Shown here: positions 8,866 through 17,832 of the stretch, piece by piece
Layout: the number at the start of each line of letters is the position of its first letter
Numbering within the stretch: the stretch's first letter is position 1
Assembly (NCBI GenBank): GCA_038062895.1
Contig: JBBTWJ010000005.1
Coordinates: 3,715-67,714 of the forward strand
DNA length: 64,000 nt
Direction: 5' to 3'
Source: Patescibacteria group bacterium
GTDB taxonomy: Bacteria; Patescibacteriota; Microgenomatia; UBA10105; UBA927
Position numbers and translations under genes: made by a program
The notes under the pieces: generated by a model
What the model was told of the DNA's origin: nothing
The model's database searches: none
The model's input: the letters and a program-made list of their open reading frames with translations, nothing else

Positions 8866-9774
8866 TTATTTAACTGTGAATGAGTATTCATCCGACCAGA
8901 TATTTTTTCCGCTAATGAAGGCAAGCGCACGGAAATAATATACGCCGGGATCCGTAATGCTCGCATTTCCGATGAACCGGAGCGGGACGGCGATGCTACC
9001 ACTGGTGAAATCCTGCGTGAGGATCGCATACGGCGTCTGAGGGAGATCGACTGTTGCCTCGAGCTTTCCGGGTTTGGATGTTTTTCCTCCGGCGATAGCC
9101 GTAAATCCAATAGTGGCCGCCGGACCGTATATATCCCACGTAAACGCTGCGTTTTCTCCCAAGGTGACGACGGTTGGAAAATTCGATACTTTTATATCGT
9201 GCTTTAGTTTTGATGTTACGGCAAAATTCCGCTCGCTGCTCCAGTAATGCTTTTCTCCGATGCGGGCATACCCCCGGTAAAAGTATGTACCCGCGGTACT
9301 CATGGGCATACTTCCTACAAACCGCAGCGGCACACCATATGTCCCATCCATAAAATCCTGAAGCGCACGGGTATACTGTGTCTGTTCGGGAGAGGCTTGG
9401 GTCACGAGTACTCCCGGATCGCTTGTCGTGCCATAATACACGGTCGTCGTGCGGATGGTCGTTGGTGGAGCATCCACGTGCCAGGTAAATGATGCGATGT
9501 CCCCTTCAATGATATCTCCCGGTCCATCAATCACGGTAACCAGAGGCATCTGTATAGATGGTGTAGGGGATGAAAATAGTGGACTGGGTGTCGGAGATTG
9601 CGTCGTCTTTTCGGTGGAAATATTGAGCGCATCAAAGTGTGTTTGATCGGAAACAGCTGTACTTCCAAGCACCTTGGGAGCATCCGGTGGTGATGCTGGA
9701 CGGGCATACTTCCATCCGACGATCCCCACGGAAACAATCACCATACCGGAAAACAAAACAAAGAGGCGGTTCAT
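8866..9774 (-). CDS. Membrane-anchored/secreted protein with two tandem beta-rich repeat domains
   Basis: N-terminal TM, Pro/Ser/Thr linker, duplicated FTW..VPLRF.G..Y.R..WS.E..F.V. Confidence 0.75.
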   Translation of the reverse strand: MNRLFVLFSGMVIVSVGIVGWKYARPASPPDAPKVLGSTAVSDQTHFDALNISTEKTTQSPTPSPLFSSPTPSIQMPLVTVIDGPGDIIEGDIASFTWHVDAPPTTIRTTTVYYGTTSDPGVLVTQASPEQTQYTRALQDFMDGTYGVPLRFVGSMPMSTAGTYFYRGYARIGEKHYWSSERNFAVTSKLKHDIKVSNFPTVVTLGENAAFTWDIYGPAATIGFTAIAGGKTSKPGKLEATVDLPQTPYAILTQDFTSGSIAVPLRFIGNASITDPGVYYFRALAFISGKNIWSDEYSFTVK

Positions 9775-10115
9775 GTCTTGGGTTGTGTCTGCCTGCCTTT
9801 AATTTTTTCGAGCGAATACATGATCCGGTCATGGAGATTAATATTTTTCACTCTGGCAAACCGGAGGATGGCAACGAGGATATCTCCTAATTCCTGCTGG
9901 TATGTTTCGTCGCGCTGGGCCGCAAGATTGGTCTTTTTTCGTCCGTGTTCTGCGAGGTATGCCCGGGCCATCTCCCCGATTTCCTCGACAAGTGTCAGGA
10001 TGAGGATCGATCCAAACTCTTTGGAGTCGCGCGATCCCTTATCCACATCGCTTAAAATGTTGAAGTATTCCCGGAAGGGCGATTTTTGGTACGTGGGTTT
10101 ATGCGGCGTGATCAT
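9771..10115 (-). CDS. MazG-like nucleotide pyrophosphohydrolase
   Basis: LVEEIGEMARA..QELGDIL. Confidence 0.85.
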   Translation of the reverse strand: MITPHKPTYQKSPFREYFNILSDVDKGSRDSKEFGSILILTLVEEIGEMARAYLAEHGRKKTNLAAQRDETYQQELGDILVAILRFARVKNINLHDRIMYSLEKIKGRQTQPKT

Positions 10116-10689
10116 TTCTAGGAGAAAGTATACCACTATTACGTAATCGTATTACCTTCTCCACCATCCGAAGAAACTCTGGCCGGGCATTATAATCTGC
10201 CGCATCCTCAAGCCGGATCCAGGCCAAATCGTTTGATTCCTGACTGACCGTCAGCGGTTCCTGTGCGTTGGCTGTAAACAAAAAACGCACATCGTAATGG
10301 GTGTGCTCGGGGCTTGTACCATGGACCGGAATCGTGTGGACATCGATATCAAATATGGTATTCCCCAAAATCGAATACCGGATATCTTCAAGTCCCGACT
10401 CTTCCCGCGCCTCCCTCATAGCCGTTTCCGATACGATCGGGTGATCGTCGCTGTGTCCGCCAAACTGAAGCCACATGCTCATCTTTTTGTGATGCGTGAG
10501 GAGTGTATATGCATAGTCACGGTCAACGACAAACGCGGAACCGGTGACATGCCCGGGCAACACAGAGTGACCAAAACAATCCGGGTGGGTAAGAACAAAG
10601 TCTTTGACTTTTTGTAACGATTCGTTTTCCTGGTTATCGTAAGACACAAACGATGCGAGAAGATCGAGGAGGGATTGTCTCGGATCCAT
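10099..10689 (-). CDS. NUDIX hydrolase
   Basis: GHVTGSAFV, WLQFGGH, AMREAREESGL; start set at MDPRQ. Confidence 0.9.
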   Translation of the reverse strand: MDPRQSLLDLLASFVSYDNQENESLQKVKDFVLTHPDCFGHSVLPGHVTGSAFVVDRDYAYTLLTHHKKMSMWLQFGGHSDDHPIVSETAMREAREESGLEDIRYSILGNTIFDIDVHTIPVHGTSPEHTHYDVRFLFTANAQEPLTVSQESNDLAWIRLEDAADYNARPEFLRMVEKVIRLRNSGILSPRNDHAA

Positions 10690-10725
10690 AGAGAGAGTAT
10701 ATCCTAATAGACTATAATCAGTCCT

Positions 10726-11847
10726 ATGCGAGAAACAGCTCATCCTATTTCCATGCTTTTTGTGTGTCTGGCTGACGCCAAGCTTGCCCAGTCGGAGATA
10801 GAAAAAGATATTACCGAACTTTGGAATCTCGCCTCCGCATTGGGGGGAGCAACAGTCGTCGACATCATCCTTCAAAAAGGAGTGCCGCAACGGCCGCTCT
10901 ACATCGGTCCCGGAAAAGCGCAGGAGGTGGCGAGCTACATTAAAAACCATTCAGTCGATGTCATCGTTGTGGGTGGCATGCTCACCCCGAACCAAAAATT
11001 TAATCTGACGAAAATGTACTGGGACACGAATCCCACCATAGAAGTGTGGGACCGGATGGATCTCATCCTCTCAATTTTTTCCCGCCACGCACGCACCACG
11101 GAGGCCAAACTCCAGATCGAAATGGCGCGTATGCGCCATATGGGACCGAGTATATTCGGCATGGGCATGATCCTCTCGCGCCAAGCCGGAGGCATCGGGA
11201 CACGAGGGATAGGAGAAACCAATACCGAACTCATGAAACGGCACTGGAAGCACGAAATGAAACGCGTGACGGATGAGCTTGGTAAGCTGCGGGGTGTCCG
11301 GGAAAGACAAATCGAACACCGGAGAAACGCCGGATTATCGACCGTTTCCCTGGTGGGATACACCAACGCGGGCAAGACGTCTCTCTTTAACGCCCTTACT
11401 CACAAAAAAAACCTCGTAGAAAACGTGTTATTTGCGACCCTTGATAGCGCTGTTGGAGAAATTTATATTCAGGAATTAGGCAAATCCGTTGTCATATCCG
11501 ATACCATCGGATTTATTAAAGATCTTCCGCCGGAACTTATCGAGGCGTTCACATCGACGCTTCTTGAATCCATAAGCGCTGATGTGGTCCTTCATATCAT
11601 CGATGCATCCGATCCTGACATATTTGGAAAAATCGATGTAGTTGAGGATATCCTCCATCAGCTTGAGATTCCCGAGGAAAAAGTTGTGCTGGTGTTTAAT
11701 AAAATTGACGCAGTCCCCAATCTCGATCGCGAAAAAATCATGACACGGACCGTCCCCTACCCCCACGTATTTCTCTCAGCCGCCACCCGGGATGGGATAG
11801 ACGCGCTTCTGGCGCTTCTTCTTCCGAGATTAACGAAGGAGGGTTAG
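10726..11847 (+). CDS. hflX: GTPase HflX
   Basis: VGYTNAGKTSLFN, LFATLD, DTIGFI, NKID. Confidence 0.96.
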   Translation: MRETAHPISMLFVCLADAKLAQSEIEKDITELWNLASALGGATVVDIILQKGVPQRPLYIGPGKAQEVASYIKNHSVDVIVVGGMLTPNQKFNLTKMYWDTNPTIEVWDRMDLILSIFSRHARTTEAKLQIEMARMRHMGPSIFGMGMILSRQAGGIGTRGIGETNTELMKRHWKHEMKRVTDELGKLRGVRERQIEHRRNAGLSTVSLVGYTNAGKTSLFNALTHKKNLVENVLFATLDSAVGEIYIQELGKSVVISDTIGFIKDLPPELIEAFTSTLLESISADVVLHIIDASDPDIFGKIDVVEDILHQLEIPEEKVVLVFNKIDAVPNLDREKIMTRTVPYPHVFLSAATRDGIDALLALLLPRLTKEG

Positions 11848-11852
11848 AGCTT

Positions 11853-12608
11853 CTAGCGCAGATAGAGCATCAACAAACTTACGGCGCTCAGGATGGTCCA
11901 AAAAATAGCGGGGAGGGCGCCAATCATTGCCATTTTTTTATTAAGACGGAATAGGAGTTGTGAATTTTTGATAAACGATCCATAAAAAAGAATGGGCAAC
12001 AGAAAAAGAAGGTTAAATGATATGTGACCCGGCGGTTCAAATAAACTATAGAGAAGTGTGCCGACCAGTCCCACCGCGTACCATCCCAAAAAGTTCCGGA
12101 TGGGAATACCAAAATACGCACTTCCCTTTTCCCATGTCCAGTGTTTTTTAATATTCACGGCGACGGGGTCCAGAATTAAATCCAGAGACACAAGTATCAG
12201 CGGTGTGCCGAATATCACGGCATAATACGGCAAGCCAAACGCAGTAACGATAAGTATCGCGAGGCAAAAAGAAAGATATTTAAGTATCACCCACGCGAGA
12301 GCAATTTCCAACGGATACACGCCCAAGAATAGTATACGGGAAGAAAAAAACCAGTGGTTAGTATTGTATTTGTATTTGGCCCCGAATATCCCGACCGGCG
12401 TTTTGAGACTCACGAGTTCCGCAATAGTGCTGACGATATACGTTATGAGGAGTAGGTAGAGGATTCCGGGTCCAAATAGGTAGGTTCCATGGATAATAAC
12501 GGCGACTATTGCCAGTAGCGCAAACGAGACGAACGATCCGGAAAACTGGAGGACGAGGATGGGCAAAAGCGAGATGATGACAATAATGATGGCGTTTGCG
12601 TCCAACAT
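11853..12608 (-). CDS. CruF/DUF422-like carotenoid biosynthesis membrane protein
   Basis: DLILDPVAV..WTW..YFGIPIRNFLGWY. Confidence 0.8.
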   Translation of the reverse strand: MLDANAIIIVIISLLPILVLQFSGSFVSFALLAIVAVIIHGTYLFGPGILYLLLITYIVSTIAELVSLKTPVGIFGAKYKYNTNHWFFSSRILFLGVYPLEIALAWVILKYLSFCLAILIVTAFGLPYYAVIFGTPLILVSLDLILDPVAVNIKKHWTWEKGSAYFGIPIRNFLGWYAVGLVGTLLYSLFEPPGHISFNLLFLLPILFYGSFIKNSQLLFRLNKKMAMIGALPAIFWTILSAVSLLMLYLR

Positions 12609-12765
12609 GACAAAACGTATGATACCAGATTCGGGAGTCTTGTCTTATGCCGTGGGGCGTTCACCCTCCGCGTTTTTTGCTCTGAAATTCAAAGAAATTT
12701 GAGGTCAAATATATTTGAGCTCCCTGTTCCAAGTTTTGCTCTGACCAATGCTTTGAAATCAGTTA

Positions 12766-13413
12766 TCAAGGTTTTTCAGTACCCTGTTTGAGCCGAACAA
12801 GCAAGACAGAGATTGAACGAAATTTCGCTTCTAACCACTTCAATGGTTTAATGTTTAATATGTGTTTAAATAATTTAGAAAATATTGAAAATCTATATTC
12901 ATTCAAGTTAGATTTTATATTTTGAATCACTAAAATATCTACCAACAACATTTTCTTCACTGCATTTGCATTCTTTATTACCGTTTTTTTATTCTCTTGA
13001 GCATCACCGTTACCGTTCCTTATGTTGTTAAGTAATTCGTTATCTACTTCCAAGATTCTATTAAGCAGAATTCTAATATTTCTATAAGCATCATCGTTAT
13101 CTATTGGTCTTTGGTATAAAAAGTCTTCAATTGCTCTTGTTTTATAGCTTGCATAAGTAATTTTATTAGATTTGAGATACTCATCTTTTTTCTCAATAAG
13201 CTCATTAGCTAACCATGTATCAAACTCTAAATCACCAAGAAGATTATTAATCATTCTAATTTTTTCATTTAGATTGATGCTATTTCTTAAACGACTCTCG
13301 ATGAATAGAAATACGAGAAAAGTAGCAATGAAACCACCAATAATATTGGCAATAAACTGTCCATTTAACAAATCCCAAATCAGATGAGGAATTTTGGTGA
13401 GATTAAGATACAT
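12766..13413 (-). CDS. AT-rich hypothetical protein with N-terminal TM segment
   Basis: 215-aa ORF starting 4 nt after tRNA-Asn; composition differs from neighbours. Confidence 0.65.
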   Translation of the reverse strand: MYLNLTKIPHLIWDLLNGQFIANIIGGFIATFLVFLFIESRLRNSINLNEKIRMINNLLGDLEFDTWLANELIEKKDEYLKSNKITYASYKTRAIEDFLYQRPIDNDDAYRNIRILLNRILEVDNELLNNIRNGNGDAQENKKTVIKNANAVKKMLLVDILVIQNIKSNLNEYRFSIFSKLFKHILNIKPLKWLEAKFRSISVLLVRLKQGTEKP

Positions 13414-13417
13414 TCAG

Positions 13418-13489
13418 CTCCCCCGACAGGACTCGAACCTGTAACCTGCCGATTAACAGTCGGACGCTCTACCGTTGAGCTACAGGGGA
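13418..13489 (-). tRNA. tRNA-Asn(GTT)
   Basis: TCCCCTG acceptor, CT-GTT-AA anticodon loop, GGTTCGAGTCC T-arm. Confidence 0.97.
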
Positions 13490-13519
13490 ATGATATTTCT
13501 TCCCCTGTCTACTCTACCA

Positions 13520-13558
13520 ACAGGAAGCCGTCCACCGACTGGCGGACTACAGGGGAAT
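13520..13558. repeat. 39-bp direct repeat (tRNA-Asn 5' end + TCCGCC palindrome), copy 1
   Basis: ACAGGAAGCCGTCCACCGACTGGCGGACTACAGGGGAAT; supplies the GIY-YIG stop codon. Confidence 0.9.
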
Positions 13559-13795
13559 TAGTTTTTTAATGAACTGTCTACCTTGATAACTTTTTAATTG
13601 TTTTTCTCTTATCAGAGCACTCGTTTTGTCTGCACAATCCTCGCGATATATTAATTCCCACATTCCTTTTGCTTTTGCAGTAAAGTGGTTGCCACGTTTT
13701 TGATTGTGTTCAAAGATTCTTCTTTTTAGATTATTTGTTTGACCAATATAAATTTTCCCAGCCTCCTGATTATAAAGTGCATAAATAGTCCACAT
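13547..13795 (-). CDS. Stand-alone GIY-YIG nuclease (UPF0213-like)
   Basis: IYALY..IYIGQTNNLKRRIFEHN..FT..ALIREKQLKS. Confidence 0.92.
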   Translation of the reverse strand: MWTIYALYNQEAGKIYIGQTNNLKRRIFEHNQKRGNHFTAKAKGMWELIYREDCADKTSALIREKQLKSYQGRQFIKKLIPL

Positions 13796-13806
13796 AGCCT
13801 TATTCT

Positions 13807-13845
13807 ACAGGAAGCCGTCCGCCGACTGGCGGACTACAGGGGAAT
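13807..13845. repeat. 39-bp direct repeat, copy 2
   Basis: ACAGGAAGCCGTCCGCCGACTGGCGGACTACAGGGGAAT, 1 mismatch to copy 1. Confidence 0.9.
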
Positions 13846-13859
13846 GTAAAGGAACTATT

Positions 13860-13870
13860 TATTATACCAT
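13860..13870 (-). promoter_or_regulatory. Extended -10 promoter driving GIY-YIG/tRNA-Asn
   Basis: TGGTATAAT on minus strand just upstream of repeat copy 2. Confidence 0.6.
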
Positions 13871-13985
13871 GGCTTTTGGAGAATACCACCAATCCATCCC
13901 ATAAATTCACCCATATCACGGGGGTGTGTAATGGTCTACCCACGGAGCAAATTATCCTAATAATTTCTTCTGATATAATCATTTC

Positions 13986-14828
13986 ATGAGAAAAACTCAT
14001 ACAACACCCTATCCAGAATTAGATGTAGTTCTTGAAAGCCATGCAGAAAAAATACAACAAGCGCTTGGCGATAATATTATTGGATTTTACTCGCAGGGCT
14101 CCTTGGCTATTGGAGATTTTGATTTAACTTCAGATGTAGATTTTGTTGTCATTACGAAAGAGGATCTAAAGGAAGATCAGGTTCATGCTGTGCAAAAAGT
14201 GCACACGCAAACATGTTCGCAAGATAGTAGATGGGTGAAGCATCTGGAATATTCATTTTTCCCACTGCAATTATTCAGAACGCATTCGTCTCCCTATACA
14301 GACGGAAGCGCTGATACATCTGAAGAAAGGAAGCTTTGGTACTTTGATAATGGAAGTCCAGTTATTGAAAAATCAGATCATGATAATACCCTCGTGACCC
14401 GATGGACAGTAAGAAAGAAAGGTAAAGCGGTAATGGGACCAGACCCAAAGATATTATTGAGTCCTATTCATCCAGATGATTTGCGAAGAGAGATAAGAGG
14501 AACGCTCATTGGATGGGGATCCGAAGTGGTTAAAAATCCGGATCCATTTAAAAATAGATTTTATCAAGCTTATTTTGTGCTAAATTACTGTCGCGTATTG
14601 CAGGATTTAGAAGAGGGTAGAATCACCTCTAAGCTTGAAGGAGTTAATTGGGCAAAGCAACATGTAGACCCTACATGGATACCGCTTATTGATTATTGCT
14701 GGAAGGAAAGACAAGACCCAGACATTTCTATTGGGCAACCGGCGGATTCGGAAATTTATGATCAAGTTATAGATTTTGTTCAATATGCTATTGATAAAGG
14801 AATGAACTTTCAAATAGGTATAAAATAG
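13986..14828 (+). CDS. Nucleotidyltransferase, aminoglycoside adenylyltransferase-like (DUF4111)
   Basis: GSLAIGDFDLTSDVDFVV, YFVLNYCRVL, ITSKLEGVNWA. Confidence 0.85.
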   Translation: MRKTHTTPYPELDVVLESHAEKIQQALGDNIIGFYSQGSLAIGDFDLTSDVDFVVITKEDLKEDQVHAVQKVHTQTCSQDSRWVKHLEYSFFPLQLFRTHSSPYTDGSADTSEERKLWYFDNGSPVIEKSDHDNTLVTRWTVRKKGKAVMGPDPKILLSPIHPDDLRREIRGTLIGWGSEVVKNPDPFKNRFYQAYFVLNYCRVLQDLEEGRITSKLEGVNWAKQHVDPTWIPLIDYCWKERQDPDISIGQPADSEIYDQVIDFVQYAIDKGMNFQIGIK

Positions 14829-14905
14829 GTCCGAACACCGTCGATGGTGCGGAGCCAGTTGGCACTTCATACGCCAAATGATAAATTAGATTGGAGGTGA
14901 AAATT

Positions 14906-15133
14906 ATGGAAGAGACAAAAAAATGCCCAACATGTGATATTCAAATGGAAATGGGGAGAATGTTAAACAATGCTATGGTGTGGACAGGAAGCACGTCATT
15001 TAAGGATAGTAAAGAATTCTATGATACATGTGTAAAGGGGTGTGAGGCACACCCAGCATACGGTGTAGCGGCTTATAGGTGTCCTACGTGTAATATCATT
15101 GAACTTTATACTGTTGAGAATGAAAAAGCATAA
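14906..15133 (+). CDS. Small Zn-ribbon protein
   Basis: KCPTC..MEMG..AYRCPTC; GGAGG RBS upstream. Confidence 0.75.
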   Translation: MEETKKCPTCDIQMEMGRMLNNAMVWTGSTSFKDSKEFYDTCVKGCEAHPAYGVAAYRCPTCNIIELYTVENEKA

Positions 15134-15298
15134 ATAGAGCAGTAGTAGGTCCAAACACCGTCCATTGCGCCGAACAAATGCCTTTTGTTTCAAGATTTTT
15201 CCAACGACTCTATACCCAGAGAGGATTCGGGTTCATTAATGCAGTCTATAATTCCTGCTTCTTTTGCATTACTTTTTTTCTAATGAGATAATCAATAC

Positions 15299-16030
15299 AT
15301 GCTAAAGAGCATCATTCGGATTGCAATACTTGCAGCCATCGGCGGAACTATCATTGTTTTGCTTGTAGTGGGGTTTGTACGCACCGATGGATTTACAAAT
15401 TTTAGCAAAATTAAGGACGGTTTATCTTTTAATGAAGCATTTGTTCCAGGGGAAGTCCTTATAACGTTGCACCCGTATATCGATGTGACGGCGCTTGATG
15501 AATATCTCTTCAAATATCCTGAACTTAACAGAGATAGAAAACGAGGCAAAACTCTTTATCTTCCTTCTTTCGGAACATTGAGTTTGAAGGGATATAAACA
15601 GCTGACGCAAAAAGTTATTACGTTAAAGGATGAAGCAAAAAACGATTCTGATCTCCTCGTTGCTCAAGAGAAGCTCCGGAGTATATATGAACTCTTAAAA
15701 AGTAATCCTTTTTTAACCAATTCAAATATCTGGGATACGTTTTATAAAAATACGAAGCCGGAAGAAAGTAATTTTTCGGTTATTCACTATTTTTTCAAGC
15801 CAGGAATATCCCAGGCTGACCGTGATAATTTCTTTCGCTCATATCCCGAACTTGAAATCGTTGATGACAGGCAAGAATCACAAACGTTTACCGTCTTTGT
15901 TCCGAAAGGAAAAGAACAGTATTGGGTGCAACAGTTTTCCAAACAGCCGTTTGTGAAGGTAGCTTGGTTAAACAATATAATAAAATTAAATAAAGCTGGT
16001 AGCGAGATTCATCAGATGCTTGAAGAATAA
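15299..16030 (+). CDS. Membrane-anchored hypothetical protein with S8 propeptide-like segments
   Basis: N-terminal TM, FVPGEVLI and VPKGKE..FVKVAWLN. Confidence 0.6.
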   Translation: MLKSIIRIAILAAIGGTIIVLLVVGFVRTDGFTNFSKIKDGLSFNEAFVPGEVLITLHPYIDVTALDEYLFKYPELNRDRKRGKTLYLPSFGTLSLKGYKQLTQKVITLKDEAKNDSDLLVAQEKLRSIYELLKSNPFLTNSNIWDTFYKNTKPEESNFSVIHYFFKPGISQADRDNFFRSYPELEIVDDRQESQTFTVFVPKGKEQYWVQQFSKQPFVKVAWLNNIIKLNKAGSEIHQMLEE

Positions 16031-16246
16031 AAGGATTCGAAATCCATTCCATTTTTTCAAATAGTAATTTAGACCGTGCTGACATGAAAAATTTCCATTA
16101 AAGAGCTAACCTATATAGTAACTGATATCACTTTAAAACTAATTTTTACAAAGCCATTTTTCTGTCCGTGTGCAATCCCATTGAGGGAGCATAAACATTC
16201 TATCTACAAATTTCTTCAATCTTACTGTATCGAATATAATGACGTC

Positions 16247-16756
16247 ATGAAACAATTCCGGTTCAGTCCCATAAAAAACAAGGCACAATTCTTTGGGGCT
16301 ATAGCGTATATCCATTTCGCCTGCCATAAGCTCTGTAAGCAGACTATGGGGAACTATCTGCCCGTCGCCGGAAATATCGGTGTGTTTTGCCACTTCGATG
16401 ATGAATATACGTATCTCAAAAAGCTCCAATCGGAGCTCGCGGATTTATCTCAAAGTGTATACGGCAAATACTTCAAACTTCACAAGCCCTTCGTTGTCCC
16501 CGAGAAAGGTGATGTTCCGGAGACTACATACAGCTACCTCTATATCCGCAAACCTAACCCAAACAAAGATCAGGTGGGTGATGTAGATTTTTATCTGGAA
16601 CCTGAAAAATACGCAGTGCTCAAACAGGCGCTGTTAAACGGAAAAGTCATCAAAGGGGCACGGATTCTCCCCAACCGCCCCGAGCTGGATTTCATCGAAA
16701 TATACGATCCGGAAGTCGACGCGTGGGGCTATATCGGTAAAAAAATTTGGCAGTAA
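16247..16756 (+). CDS. Hypothetical protein
   Basis: ORF with TATAAT 6 nt before ATG; YIRKP..QVGDVDF. Confidence 0.7.
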   Translation: MKQFRFSPIKNKAQFFGAIAYIHFACHKLCKQTMGNYLPVAGNIGVFCHFDDEYTYLKKLQSELADLSQSVYGKYFKLHKPFVVPEKGDVPETTYSYLYIRKPNPNKDQVGDVDFYLEPEKYAVLKQALLNGKVIKGARILPNRPELDFIEIYDPEVDAWGYIGKKIWQ

Positions 16757-16783
16757 ATATTCAAAATATTCTCATAGATATTG

Positions 16784-17380
16784 ATGAAGGAAAAATCTAA
16801 CATTATTGCCCTCTTTGGTGCAAGCGGCAGGACCGGTCAGGCGATACATGCTCAGGCACTCACCCGAGGCATAATCGTCAGGCCGTTTAACAAAAAAAAT
16901 CCCTCCCCGCAAGATTTACGCAAGGCCATCAAAGGATCATACAGCGTCATCATTGTATTCGGACCCAGAGCGCCGTATACAGATGTTTTTTGCGCAGAAA
17001 CAACGGAGAAAATTGTCACCGCGATGAAAAAAACAGGCGTTCGTCGCCTCATCTGCCAAACAGGTGCGATGATCGGAGATTATCCCAAAAACCGGTCATT
17101 TTTCTTCGAACTATTCAGTGGGAAATTCCGAAGCAGTAATCCCATCGGGTACAATGATCGGGTACAACAGGAAAAAATCGTCGCATCTTCATCGCTGGAT
17201 TGGACGATCGTCAAGCCACCGCGGCTCACTGACACGACGGATAACACGACGGTTCAGGCAGGAGTCCATGTCAAGGTCGGACTTCTCTCATCCGTTTCCC
17301 GAAAAAGCTTGGCGCGATTTCTCCTTGACGAACTATTAACACCCCATCACATCCGCCAGGCAGTATTTGTGAAAAATTGA
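16784..17380 (+). CDS. NAD(P)-binding oxidoreductase (flavin/biliverdin reductase-like)
   Basis: FGASGRTG, SSLDWTIVKPPRL. Confidence 0.85.
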   Translation: MKEKSNIIALFGASGRTGQAIHAQALTRGIIVRPFNKKNPSPQDLRKAIKGSYSVIIVFGPRAPYTDVFCAETTEKIVTAMKKTGVRRLICQTGAMIGDYPKNRSFFFELFSGKFRSSNPIGYNDRVQQEKIVASSSLDWTIVKPPRLTDTTDNTTVQAGVHVKVGLLSSVSRKSLARFLLDELLTPHHIRQAVFVKN

Positions 17381-17401
17381 GCAGGAGAATATTATACGAC
17401 T

Positions 17402-17764
17402 ATGAATGGATCATTCCTAAAAGATACCTTTGGCTGGGGATTTCTCCTGTGGCTCGTGGGGTACATCCTCGGGATCCTTCTTTTTATGCTCGTGCCGCCT
17501 TCCATGATCGGATGGATCATCATGCCAGTGGGGACAATCATCACGGTATGGATTCTCCGAAAAAAGATCGAGGGGTCAACGTTTTACTATTATCTCCTGG
17601 TCGGGGGTGTATGGACGATGATAGCGATACTGTGCGACTATCTATTCCTCGTAAAGGTATTTAAACCCACCGACGGTTACTACAAGCTGGATGTCTATCT
17701 CTACTATCTGCTCACCTTTCTGCTTCCCCCGTTTATCGGTTGGAAAAAATTAAAATCAAAGTAA
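17402..17764 (+). CDS. Small four-TM membrane protein
   Basis: Hydrophobic ORF, YYKLDVYLYY. Confidence 0.7.
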   Translation: MNGSFLKDTFGWGFLLWLVGYILGILLFMLVPPSMIGWIIMPVGTIITVWILRKKIEGSTFYYYLLVGGVWTMIAILCDYLFLVKVFKPTDGYYKLDVYLYYLLTFLLPPFIGWKKLKSK

Positions 17765-17832
17765 ACCAAGGGTTAAAAACGGCATAACATTCACAACAAT
17801 GAAATGGAGGCCCCTGTGGTACTATCTAATTT

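Noticed and set aside
10690-10950. N-terminal extension of the Nudix ORF to 283 aa
   Set aside because: Overlaps hflX on the opposite strand; a better start with its own -10 lies at 10689.
12650-12680. Hairpin with T-tract as a novel element
   Set aside because: Looks like an ordinary terminator-type hairpin; single copy.
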